A DNA stretch of 24,000 nucleotides from an uncultured Christensenella sp. (GCA_964438705.1 CAYTKQ010000001.1:138790-162789), one strand, 5' to 3'. Positions 9,752 to 16,900 are shown, counted from the stretch's first letter. Notes: generated from the sequence alone by a model not told the origin. Numbers and translations are program-made.

Positions 9752-9943
9752 TTACACGTAACGCTCGACTTTGCCGGAGCGCAGGCAACGTGTGCACACA
9801 TACTTTCTCGTAGGAGTACCATTTTCAATGACCCTAACGCGCTGTACGTTCGGAGCCCAAATTCTTCTGGATGTTCTGTGCGAGTGGCTGACCTTATTGC
9901 CGGACATAACGCCTTTTGCACAAACTTCACAATACTTCGCCAT
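9752..9943 (-). CDS. rpmB: 50S ribosomal protein L28
   Basis: The 63-aa product MAKYCEVCAKGVMSGNKVSHSHRTSRRIWAPNVQRVRV... is a typical L28 sequence. A GGGAGG RBS lies upstream on the - strand. It is the only convincing minus-strand gene in the window. Confidence 0.95.
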   Translation of the reverse strand: MAKYCEVCAKGVMSGNKVSHSHRTSRRIWAPNVQRVRVIENGTPTRKYVCTRCLRSGKVERYV

Positions 9944-9985
9944 CTAAAACACCTCCCTCTTGGTGTATACGTTCAAACAGCGTTT

Positions 9986-10014
9986 ATTTTATCATCAATA
10001 ACGCGCGAATGCAA
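9986..10014 (-). promoter_or_regulatory. Putative sigma-A promoter of rpmB
   Basis: Read on the - strand: TTGCAT (10014-10009), a 17-nt spacer, then TAAAAT (9991-9986). An A/T-rich UP-like tract lies further upstream (10015-10032). This would give a leader of about 35 nt. Confidence 0.45.
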
Positions 10015-10176
10015 GTATTTTTTATAAATTTGTTTGTGTACGGCGAATCGCCGTATCCCATTGAGCACTGGCAATGCCAAAGAAAAGGGGCAGACGCTTT
10101 CGGATCATAAGAAACATTTAATCAACGAGCCTTTGCAAACCAAAACACTTCCATATCTCACACAAAAAAATGGACT

Positions 10177-10204
10177 TTAACAAAAAGAAATTGCATATTA
10201 TAAT
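10177..10204 (+). promoter_or_regulatory. Putative sigma-A promoter of the PTS cassette
   Basis: TTAACA (10177-10182), a 16-nt spacer, then a perfect TATAAT (10199-10204). The predicted 5' UTR to the regulator ATG is roughly 90-100 nt. Confidence 0.5.
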
Positions 10205-10261
10205 CAAATTAACATTTTAAATTCTTTTCCTATTACGATTTAAAAGGCAATCATCAATTTG

Positions 10262-10283
10262 CAAAGAACGTTAACGCTCTTTG
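10262..10283. promoter_or_regulatory. 22-bp inverted repeat in the predicted leader of the PTS regulator gene (operator or RNA hairpin)
   Basis: CAAAGAaCGTT|AACGcTCTTTG: 10 of 11 positions are self-complementary. It ends 4 nt before the GGGGG Shine-Dalgarno (10288-10292). Its function is unknown. Confidence 0.4.
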
Positions 10284-10301
10284 TAGTGGGGGAATTCTTT
10301 T

Positions 10302-12338
10302 ATGTACAGACGTTTGAACCTGATTATTTCGGAGTTATCCAAGCAAGGCGCGCGGCCGGATGTGGCAGTTCTCGCGGATTTTTTTGGTGTTTCCGAAAAG
10401 ACGATCCGCAACGACATTGCGCAGATCAATCAGTTGACGCCGTGCAAGAGCAAAAAATCGATCGAAATCCTGTCGGATGGTGAGATCGCGCTTTCAGATG
10501 ATATTCAGGCATTGCGCGAACGAGTTTATTCGCTCTATGAATATAATCTCTCCAAGGAGGAACGCAGAGAAATTTTGTGTGTTATCCTCGTTCAGCCGCA
10601 TGAAAAGCATACCATTCAGTCTCTGGCAGAATTTTTGCTTGTGAGCAGAAATACCATAATCGCTGATCTTGAATATGTGAGAGAAAACTTTGCGGGGTAT
10701 GGGCTCAAGCTTTCGTCCGTACCACGCATGGGCTTTGCAGTGGAAGGAGCGGAAGAAAAAGTTCGCGCAATGCTGTTTGACATATTGCTGCCGTATGCCG
10801 TCGATGCGGCGGAATGCGGATATTTCGGCGGGTATCTATATCGGATGTTTTTGGGGAATGCGAACGCGGACCAACAATGTCAAACAGAAAAAGCATTGAA
10901 GGAACGCATCCGGCAATGGGAAAAAAATATGGGCGTGATGCTGACGGATGAAGCGTTTTACAGGGTATATGTCTATCTGCTTATTGCGTATCATCGCGTT
11001 CAAAAAAAGCACGGCTCGCTTGCGCCGGCAGGAGAAAGCCTCTGGTTTTTAGAGCTTGCACGTTCGCTTGCGCCTGCTGAAGCGGGTGAGATCAAGGCGC
11101 TCAGCCTGTTTTTAGAGGCACAAAAATACATACAGCCGCCCTATGTTTTACAAAGTGAGATCGTGCGGGTACAGCTTTTGATTGCGCGTTTTTTGGAGAG
11201 ACTGTCGGCGGATATCAATATGGACCTGAATGCTGACACGCTGCTGTTTCATCATTTGACAGAGCTTGTAACATCTGAGTCTGCTCAGCCGGAGTCGGGC
11301 GTACGATGCGTCGCAGGAAGCGGGCAAATCGAAGAGGCGGTGCTGCGCAATATGGATGTGTTGTGTGTGGATGACAAAACGCGCGCGGTTCTTGCACCGC
11401 AGATCGCAATTTATGTGACAGGTGCAATCCGCCGCAGGCAGCTTCGGCCGATGAAGGTGGTGTTGATCTGTAATACCGGAGTCGCAACTGCGAATATTTT
11501 GGTCGAACAGCTGACGGCGGGTTTCAACCTTGAGATTGCAGCGCTGCTTCCTTCCCATCAGGCGGACGAGGCGCTTGCGATCAAAGCAGACATGATCATT
11601 TCGACCGTGGAGCTCCCCAACTTTCAAAACGAATACATTCGTATTTCTCCTGTACTCACGGGTGCCGATTATCTGGCGATTCAGGAGCGGATCGATCCGG
11701 TGCATATCAAATCCGCGCCCGATCTTCAGCCGGATATTGGCGTGACCAACGCGTTGATTGGCTGTATGCCCGTCCTGGAAAAATATTTTGGAAGCAAGGA
11801 ACGTGTATTGAAATTTTTGTCGGACGTAAACGGACTTTTGAAGAATAATGAAAACGAAGAGGAAGCGTGCAACCCAATGCTGCATGAAATGCTTCCGCCA
11901 AGTCACATTTGCGTCGATCAGCCGGCGAAAGATTGCTTTGAAGCGATCCGCGCGGCGGCAGCTATGCTTTTGCAGGAGGGGTATATCGAGAAACGCTATG
12001 TAGAGGCCATGATACGCAATTTGAAGGAAAATGGGCCATATTTTGTCTTGTCCGATTTTTTGGCGGTTGCGCACGCCAATTGCGAAGATGGCGTCAATAA
12101 AACCGGCATGAGCCTGCTGCGCCTCAGCACGCCCGTGGCCTTTGGGGAAAACACCAAACCGATTTGTTTTGTGTGCGTACTGGGTGCGGTGGATTCAAAA
12201 AATCATCTGCGTGCACTGTTGAATTTATTTAAAATGATCAAAGTAGCGGAGTTTCGGCAGGCCGCGCTGGAGGCGAAAACGTCAGGGATGCTCGCACAGG
12301 TCCTGAAAAATTATGAGTTGCTGACGGACGCTTTATAA
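10302..12338 (+). CDS. PRD-containing PTS-dependent transcriptional regulator (MtlR/LicR/ManR architecture: HTH, wHTH, PRD region, EIIB(Gat)-like and EIIA(Mtl/Fru)-like domains)
   Basis: The N-terminal HTH is VAVLADFFGVSEKTIRNDIAQI and the second wHTH is TIQSLAEFLLVSRNTIIADLEYV. The PRD-like region carries His231/237 (LIAYHRVQKKH) and His317/318 (LLFHHLTELV). The EIIB-like block MKVVLICNTGVATANIL carries Cys390 (codon 11469-11471). The EIIA type-2-like C-terminus FLAVAHANCEDG carries His591 (codon 12072-12074). Confidence 0.85.
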   Translation: MYRRLNLIISELSKQGARPDVAVLADFFGVSEKTIRNDIAQINQLTPCKSKKSIEILSDGEIALSDDIQALRERVYSLYEYNLSKEERREILCVILVQPHEKHTIQSLAEFLLVSRNTIIADLEYVRENFAGYGLKLSSVPRMGFAVEGAEEKVRAMLFDILLPYAVDAAECGYFGGYLYRMFLGNANADQQCQTEKALKERIRQWEKNMGVMLTDEAFYRVYVYLLIAYHRVQKKHGSLAPAGESLWFLELARSLAPAEAGEIKALSLFLEAQKYIQPPYVLQSEIVRVQLLIARFLERLSADINMDLNADTLLFHHLTELVTSESAQPESGVRCVAGSGQIEEAVLRNMDVLCVDDKTRAVLAPQIAIYVTGAIRRRQLRPMKVVLICNTGVATANILVEQLTAGFNLEIAALLPSHQADEALAIKADMIISTVELPNFQNEYIRISPVLTGADYLAIQERIDPVHIKSAPDLQPDIGVTNALIGCMPVLEKYFGSKERVLKFLSDVNGLLKNNENEEEACNPMLHEMLPPSHICVDQPAKDCFEAIRAAAAMLLQEGYIEKRYVEAMIRNLKENGPYFVLSDFLAVAHANCEDGVNKTGMSLLRLSTPVAFGENTKPICFVCVLGAVDSKNHLRALLNLFKMIKVAEFRQAALEAKTSGMLAQVLKNYELLTDAL

Positions 12339-12401
12339 GAGGTTCCAAAAGAGTGAGGGAACTCTTTCAAATCCCAAAATAGAAAAGAAAGGAGGAAGAT
12401 T

Positions 12402-12680
12402 ATGAAGAAAACTGTGATTATTGCATGCGGTACGGGAATTGCGACGTCTACGATGGTGAACGATGCGGTTGCGAATTTACTCAAGAAAAACCACATTCCC
12501 GCAGAGCTGATTCAGTGCAAGGTTTCAGAAATCGACGCGTATCTTGATCAGGCGGACTTGATCATCACTTCTATGAAGGTCAAAAGAGATTATGGAAAGC
12601 CAATGGTCACCGCGGTGGCATTTTTGTCGGGAGTTGGTCAGGAGGCGCTGGAAGCGGAGATCTTGGAAAAGCTGAAATAG
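12402..12680 (+). CDS. gatB: PTS EIIB component, galactitol (Gat) family
   Basis: The 92-aa product is close to my recollection of E. coli GatB. MKKTVIIACGTGIATSTM carries the phospho-Cys9 (codon 12426-12428). NHIPAELIQCKVSEIDAY and FLSGVGQEALEAEIL also match. AGGAGG lies upstream. Substrate specificity is not implied by the symbol. Confidence 0.9.
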   Translation: MKKTVIIACGTGIATSTMVNDAVANLLKKNHIPAELIQCKVSEIDAYLDQADLIITSMKVKRDYGKPMVTAVAFLSGVGQEALEAEILEKLK

Positions 12681-12761
12681 TTCGTAGGAAAACATGCAAA
12701 AAGACCCAAACATTGATACGGTTACAATAACCGTCCAGCTATTATTTCGGAGGTATCAATT

Positions 12762-14162
12762 ATGAGTTTTTTAGATGGATTAAGTGCAGTATTCGGGTGG
12801 ATACAGGGCTTGGGAGCAGCAGTGTTTGTGCCGATCATCATCATAGTCGTTGGCTTGGTGTTTCGTATCGGGTTTAAAAAAGCGCTGCGTGCAGGCATCA
12901 CCGTCGGCGTTGGCTTCATTGGCGTCAATTTGATTCTTAATATCGTGTGGACGTATGTGGGCCCGATCGCCACTACGATGGCGGAACGCTTTGGCTCACA
13001 GATGAACGTGATTGACGTCGGATGGGCTGCGGCTTCGGCGGTTGCCTTTGCAACAGAGATCGGTGCGCTTATCATCCCGATCATTTTGTTTGTGAATGTG
13101 CTGATGCTGATTGCGCGGCTCACAAAAACAGTTAATGTGGATATCTGGAACTATTGGCATTACGCGTTCACTGGTTCGGTGATTGCGATTGCAACCGGAA
13201 ATCTTGCGTTTGGCATTGTGGGTGCGGCAGCACACGCGATTATTGCGCTCAAGATGGCAGACATCTCTGCCAAGAGCGTTAATGATACCATTGGCTTGCC
13301 CGGTATATCAATCCCGCATGGATTCTCGGTGATCAACGTACCCATTGCCATGCTGATGAACAAGGTATACGACAAAATCCCGTTCTTCCGGTATAAAGAT
13401 GAAAACGAAGAAGAGGATGCAGAAGATATCAAACCGGTGTTTTCATTTATTACGGAACCGCTTATTATGGGCGCGATCATCGGTGCGGTGCTTGGTGCAC
13501 TGGGTGCGGATTATAGTGGAGGTCTTCTGAGCGCACTGCCGGGCATTTTGACCTTGGCGGTGAATATGGCGGCGCTGATGCTGCTCATGCCGCGCATGGT
13601 CAAGGTGATCATGGAGGGGCTGCTGCCCATTGCAAACGGCGCGAAGTCGTTTATGGAAACGCGGTTTAAAGGAAGAGAGTTTTATATCGGCCTCGACGCA
13701 GCCGTGATCCTTGGACATCCGACGACGCTGATGGTTTCCATGATTCTGATTCCGGTGACGATCTTTTTGTCCATCATCCTGCCCGGGAATAAGACGTTCC
13801 CGTTTGCGGATCTTGCAGCGATGGCGTTCTTTGTGGCGTTGGCTACGCCGATCCACAAGGGGAATTTCAGAAGGACGCTCGTCACGGGCATTATTACGAT
13901 GGTACTAGTGCTGTACAGCGCGACAATGCTCGCACCACTGGTCACACAGGTTGCGGCCTCCACAGGTTCCGATCTGCTTGCGACAGCGGGAAGCGCGGAG
14001 ATTACCTCGATGGTTGCAGGCGGAAACTACTTCACGGTGATTCTGGAGAGGCTGTCCTCGATTGGAGGACTTGGGCTGGTGATCATTGGAGCCATAACGG
14101 CCGTTACAACCTTCATTTGCAAGCGGCTTGAGAAAAAGGAGGGCGTGGACTCGGCATTATAA
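12762..14162 (+). CDS. gatC: PTS EIIC permease, galactitol (EIIC-GAT) family
   Basis: This is a 466-aa polytopic membrane protein. The blocks VIDVGWAAASAVAF, TKTVNVDIWNYWHYAFTG, LLMPRMVKVIMEGLLPIA and FYIGLDAAVILGHPT resemble GatC-type EIIC. A GGAGG RBS (12747-12751) lies 10 nt upstream. Confidence 0.88.
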   Translation: MSFLDGLSAVFGWIQGLGAAVFVPIIIIVVGLVFRIGFKKALRAGITVGVGFIGVNLILNIVWTYVGPIATTMAERFGSQMNVIDVGWAAASAVAFATEIGALIIPIILFVNVLMLIARLTKTVNVDIWNYWHYAFTGSVIAIATGNLAFGIVGAAAHAIIALKMADISAKSVNDTIGLPGISIPHGFSVINVPIAMLMNKVYDKIPFFRYKDENEEEDAEDIKPVFSFITEPLIMGAIIGAVLGALGADYSGGLLSALPGILTLAVNMAALMLLMPRMVKVIMEGLLPIANGAKSFMETRFKGREFYIGLDAAVILGHPTTLMVSMILIPVTIFLSIILPGNKTFPFADLAAMAFFVALATPIHKGNFRRTLVTGIITMVLVLYSATMLAPLVTQVAASTGSDLLATAGSAEITSMVAGGNYFTVILERLSSIGGLGLVIIGAITAVTTFICKRLEKKEGVDSAL

Positions 14163-14200
14163 TGGTTAAAAACGATAGAAAACAGTTAGGAGGTGGCACG

Positions 14201-14674
14201 GTGGAAAATTATGCGGATCTTCCAAATCTGCTCACAGATGAGCTCATTTTTACAAACGTACAAGCAAACAGCAGGGAAGAACTGTTTTCGTTTCTGGCGA
14301 AGGAATTTGGCAAGCGGGGTATTGTGAAAGGCAGCTTCTACGAGGCGCTTTTGGAACGGGAGAAAAATTACCCTACAGGCCTCTTTATGGAGCATATCGC
14401 TATAGCGATCCCGCACGCGGACAAGGAGCATGTCAACATGCCCGCAGTGGCTGTGGCAAAGCTTGCGTCGCCTGTGAGCTTCCACAGCATGGAAGACGCA
14501 GAGGATACGATTCAGGCGCAGGTAGTGGTCTGCCTTGCATTTACGCAGGAAGATGCGAATGTCAAGCTTTTGCCGCAAATTCTCCAATTTTTTATGGATG
14601 AGAAGCGGGCCAAACAATTTTTGGAATGTGAGGATGCCACGCAGCTTATGAACATGATGCGCGGTGAAGGCTAG
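14201..14674 (+). CDS. gatA: PTS EIIA component, type 2 (Gat/Mtl/Fru family)
   Basis: EIIA-2 features are NYPTGLFMEHIAIAIPHADKEHV, with the phospho-His at codon 14414-14416. I prefer GTG 14201 as the start because a perfect AGGAGG (14188-14193) lies 7 nt upstream, giving 157 aa. The track's ATG 14162 overlaps the EIIC stop by 1 nt, has no RBS and adds 13 aa. The stop is secure and the start is uncertain. Confidence 0.82.
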   Translation: MENYADLPNLLTDELIFTNVQANSREELFSFLAKEFGKRGIVKGSFYEALLEREKNYPTGLFMEHIAIAIPHADKEHVNMPAVAVAKLASPVSFHSMEDAEDTIQAQVVVCLAFTQEDANVKLLPQILQFFMDEKRAKQFLECEDATQLMNMMRGEG

Positions 14675-14714
14675 GGACTACTGATGTACCGAAAAAGAGT
14701 GGCAAACCGGGAGA

Positions 14715-14738
14715 CGCGGAAGGGGAAACCTTTCCGCG
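14715..14738 (+). other. GC-rich stem-loop with GAAA tetraloop in the EIIA-ptsH spacer (no U-tract)
   Basis: CGCGGAAGGG-GAAA-CCTTTCCGCG gives 10 pairs (one G-U) closed by a GNRA loop. An outer helix CCGGG (14707-14711) / CCCGG (14745-14749) is possible. The hairpin is followed by CGGACGCCCGG rather than a T-tract, so it is not a canonical terminator. Confidence 0.55.
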
Positions 14739-14777
14739 CGGACGCCCGGCGGCGGAGCACGAGAAGGAGAAAAAACC

Positions 14778-15056
14778 ATGTATAAAAGATCGGTGATGAT
14801 TGTAAACAAATCTGGGCTGCATGCGCGCCCGGCAACGGATTTTGTAACGCTTGCGAAAAGTTTTCGCGCAAAAGTAAACATTGCACGGGAGGAAAATCCG
14901 GAAGAAAAGGCAAACGCCAAATCGATCATCACTTTGTTGACAATGGCATTGACCATGCATACGCCGGTCGTGATTTCCGCAGATGGTGAAGACGAACGGG
15001 AAGCGGTGGATGCACTGTGTGCACAGATTGAGGCCGGATTTGGCGAGGGTGAATAA
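14778..15056 (+). CDS. ptsH: Phosphocarrier protein HPr
   Basis: KSGLHARPAT carries the catalytic His15 (codon 14820-14822). ANAKSIITLL carries the HprK-type regulatory Ser, here Ser49. ADGEDEREAVDAL is also typical. An AAGGAG RBS lies upstream. Confidence 0.93.
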   Translation: MYKRSVMIVNKSGLHARPATDFVTLAKSFRAKVNIAREENPEEKANAKSIITLLTMALTMHTPVVISADGEDEREAVDALCAQIEAGFGEGE

Positions 15057-15058
15057 AA

Positions 15059-16762
15059 ATGGACGGGTACAAGCTTTTAGAAGGCATGGGCGTCAGTCCG
15101 GGCGTTTGCACAGCAAAGGCATTGCGGGTAGCGGCGCGAAACATCGATTTTAAACACTACGAGCAGAAATCGGCGGCAGAGGAGAAAGAGGCCTTCTGGC
15201 GGGCGCATGAAATGGTGCTGACACAAACGGCGAAGCTTGAACAGGCAACGCGGCAGCAAATGGGCGAACAGGAGGCACAGATTTTTCAGGCGCATAAAAT
15301 GATGCTTGAGGACCCGGAGCTTACCGATCCCATAGAGGAGGCGCTCGAGGACGGTTTGAGCGCACCTGCGGCTGTGATGCAGGAGATATCTGCTGTTGTC
15401 GCGATATTTGAAAAAATGGAAGACGAATATATGCGGGCGCGTTCGGCCGATATGGTAGATATTCGCGATCGCTTGCTGCTGACGCTGCTCGGACAAAGCG
15501 GAAGTAATATTGAACAGCTCAAGGAGGATGTCGTGCTGATCGCCGAAGACCTCACGCCCTCTGATACGGCGCGCATGGATAAAGCGCATGTCGTAGGGAT
15601 AGCGACCGAAAAGGGAGGCCGCACGTCGCACACGGCAATTATGGCAAATGCGCTCGGTATTCCATGCGTAACAGGGCTAAGGGGGCTGATGGCGGCTGTG
15701 CGTGACGGACAAATACTGGCGGTGGACGGGGAAGCGGGGCGCATTGAAATAGAACCGACAGCGATCCGGCTGCAAGAGCTCGGACAACAGAAGCTTAGGC
15801 AGGAAGAAGAGAAGCAATTGCTGGAAAAATGGCGAAATGTGCCCACCCAAACGGCGGATGGACGCCGTTTTGTGCTGGCGGCCAATGTGGGCACACCGCA
15901 GGAAGCGCAAAAGGCCTATCAAATGGGCGCGGAAGGCGTGGGGCTTTTTCGCTCGGAATTTTTGTATATGGACAGACGCACTCTGCCGAGTGAGCAAGAA
16001 CAGTTTGAGGCCTACGCGGGCGCGCTTTCAAAGGATCGTACGGTAGTGGTTCGTACGCTCGATGTTGGCGGAGATAAAAAATTTGACTGCATCGCGATGG
16101 AAGAAGAAGAAAATCCGTTTTTGGGAGAGCGCGCCATTCGCCTGTGCTTCCGGCATGAAGAGCTGTTTTTGACGCAGTTGCGTGCGTTGCTGCGTGCTGC
16201 CGCTTATGGGGACTTGTGCGTGATGTTTCCCATGATCTGCTGTATAGAAGAGCTTCTACAGGCCAAAGAGTGTCTGGAAAAGGCCCGCGCCTCGCTTGAA
16301 AAGGAGGGTGCTTCATATGGTACGCCCAAGGTGGGCATCATGATTGAGATTCCCAGTGCGGCGCTGATGGCGGACGCGCTTTGTGCCGAATGTGATTTTA
16401 TATCCATCGGCACAAACGACTTGATACAGTATACGGTGGCGGTCGCGCGCGAAAGCCAAAATATTGCACATTTATATTCCGCAAGCAATCCGGCCGTGCT
16501 CAAGCTGATCAAAATGAGTATTGATGCGGCGCACAACGCCGGTATCCCGTGCAAGATGTGCGGAGAGATGGCAGGAGACGAACGGATGATTCCACTGCTT
16601 GTGGGGATGGGCCTCGATGAATTCTCCATGAGTCCGCATTCCATCACGCGCGTGCGGCGGCAGATCGCGTCGCTGTGCGCCGCAGAATGCGAGACGCTGG
16701 CGAAGCGTGTTCTTACACTGCAAACCGGAGCGCAGGTGGACTGCGCGTGCGAGGCATTCTGA
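15059..16762 (+). CDS. ptsI: Phosphoenolpyruvate-protein phosphotransferase (Enzyme I)
   Basis: GGRTSHTAIMANALGIPCV carries the catalytic His191. The PEP-binding domain blocks GLFRSEFLY, IRTLDVGGDK, IGTNDLIQY and the CGEMAGD cysteine are present. It starts 2 nt after the ptsH stop. Confidence 0.95.
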   Translation: MDGYKLLEGMGVSPGVCTAKALRVAARNIDFKHYEQKSAAEEKEAFWRAHEMVLTQTAKLEQATRQQMGEQEAQIFQAHKMMLEDPELTDPIEEALEDGLSAPAAVMQEISAVVAIFEKMEDEYMRARSADMVDIRDRLLLTLLGQSGSNIEQLKEDVVLIAEDLTPSDTARMDKAHVVGIATEKGGRTSHTAIMANALGIPCVTGLRGLMAAVRDGQILAVDGEAGRIEIEPTAIRLQELGQQKLRQEEEKQLLEKWRNVPTQTADGRRFVLAANVGTPQEAQKAYQMGAEGVGLFRSEFLYMDRRTLPSEQEQFEAYAGALSKDRTVVVRTLDVGGDKKFDCIAMEEEENPFLGERAIRLCFRHEELFLTQLRALLRAAAYGDLCVMFPMICCIEELLQAKECLEKARASLEKEGASYGTPKVGIMIEIPSAALMADALCAECDFISIGTNDLIQYTVAVARESQNIAHLYSASNPAVLKLIKMSIDAAHNAGIPCKMCGEMAGDERMIPLLVGMGLDEFSMSPHSITRVRRQIASLCAAECETLAKRVLTLQTGAQVDCACEAF

Positions 16763-16784
16763 AGAACGCTCTTTTTGACAGTTG

Positions 16785-16820
16785 ACCCGTCCGCATGAAG
16801 CGGGCGGGTTTGTTATTCTT
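16785..16820 (+). terminator. Intrinsic terminator of the PTS cassette
   Basis: ACCCGTCCGC-ATGAA-GCGGGCGGGT forms a 10-bp stem (one G-U) followed by TTTGTTATTCTT. It begins 23 nt after the ptsI stop. Confidence 0.85.
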
Positions 16821-16871
16821 ATAGGATGAAAATTTATTCCCTACATACTGAATTCCTGCAGAGATAATGGA

Positions 16872-16900
16872 TTGATATTGCCCAAAAGTTGTTATATAAT
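16872..16900 (+). promoter_or_regulatory. Putative sigma-A promoter of asp23/yloU-yloV
   Basis: TTGATA (16872-16877), a 17-nt spacer, then TATAAT (16895-16900). It lies about 30 nt upstream of the AGGAGG RBS of the next gene. Confidence 0.6.

Noticed and set aside
10039-10055. Hairpin TACGGCG-AAT-CGCCGTA in the divergent intergenic region, considered as a terminator or small RNA.
   Set aside because: No U-tract follows it on either strand, and the T-rich run lies on the wrong side. No promoter or ORF is associated with it. A 7-bp stem alone is not enough to call a feature.
9916-10110. 64-aa + strand ORF spanning the rpmB start and its promoter region.
   Set aside because: It overlaps the rpmB 5' end antisense and has no Shine-Dalgarno. 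It runs through the AT-rich promoter DNA, and its translation has no protein-like features.
10171-10196. Possible sigma-54 (-24/-12) promoter, TGGAC...TTGCA, upstream of the PTS regulator.
   Set aside because: The two elements are spaced about 20 bp apart rather than the fixed spacing of roughly 10-12 bp. The -24 element is not TGGCAC. The regulator has no AAA+ sigma-54 activation domain. A good sigma-A -35/-10 pair fits the same region.
10258-10286. CcpA catabolite-responsive element (cre) in the PTS leader.
   Set aside because: Sliding the cre consensus (TGWAANCGNTNWCA) over the palindrome gives at best 3-4 mismatches. The symmetry centre is TT|AA rather than CG. I report it as an unassigned palindrome rather than a cre site.
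10259-10483. 74-aa alternative-frame ORF overlapping the start of the regulator gene.
   Set aside because: It is in a different frame from the well-supported 678-aa regulator. It starts at a TTG inside the palindrome without an RBS, and its translation is not protein-like.
12718-12734. Hairpin ACGGTTA-CAA-TAACCGT between EIIB and EIIC, and a weaker GTTCC/GGAAC stem at 12343-12368 after the regulator gene. Both were considered as internal terminators.
   Set aside because: The stems are short and AT-containing, with no adjacent U-tract. They are more likely incidental or minor mRNA structures, and they do not justify splitting the operon.
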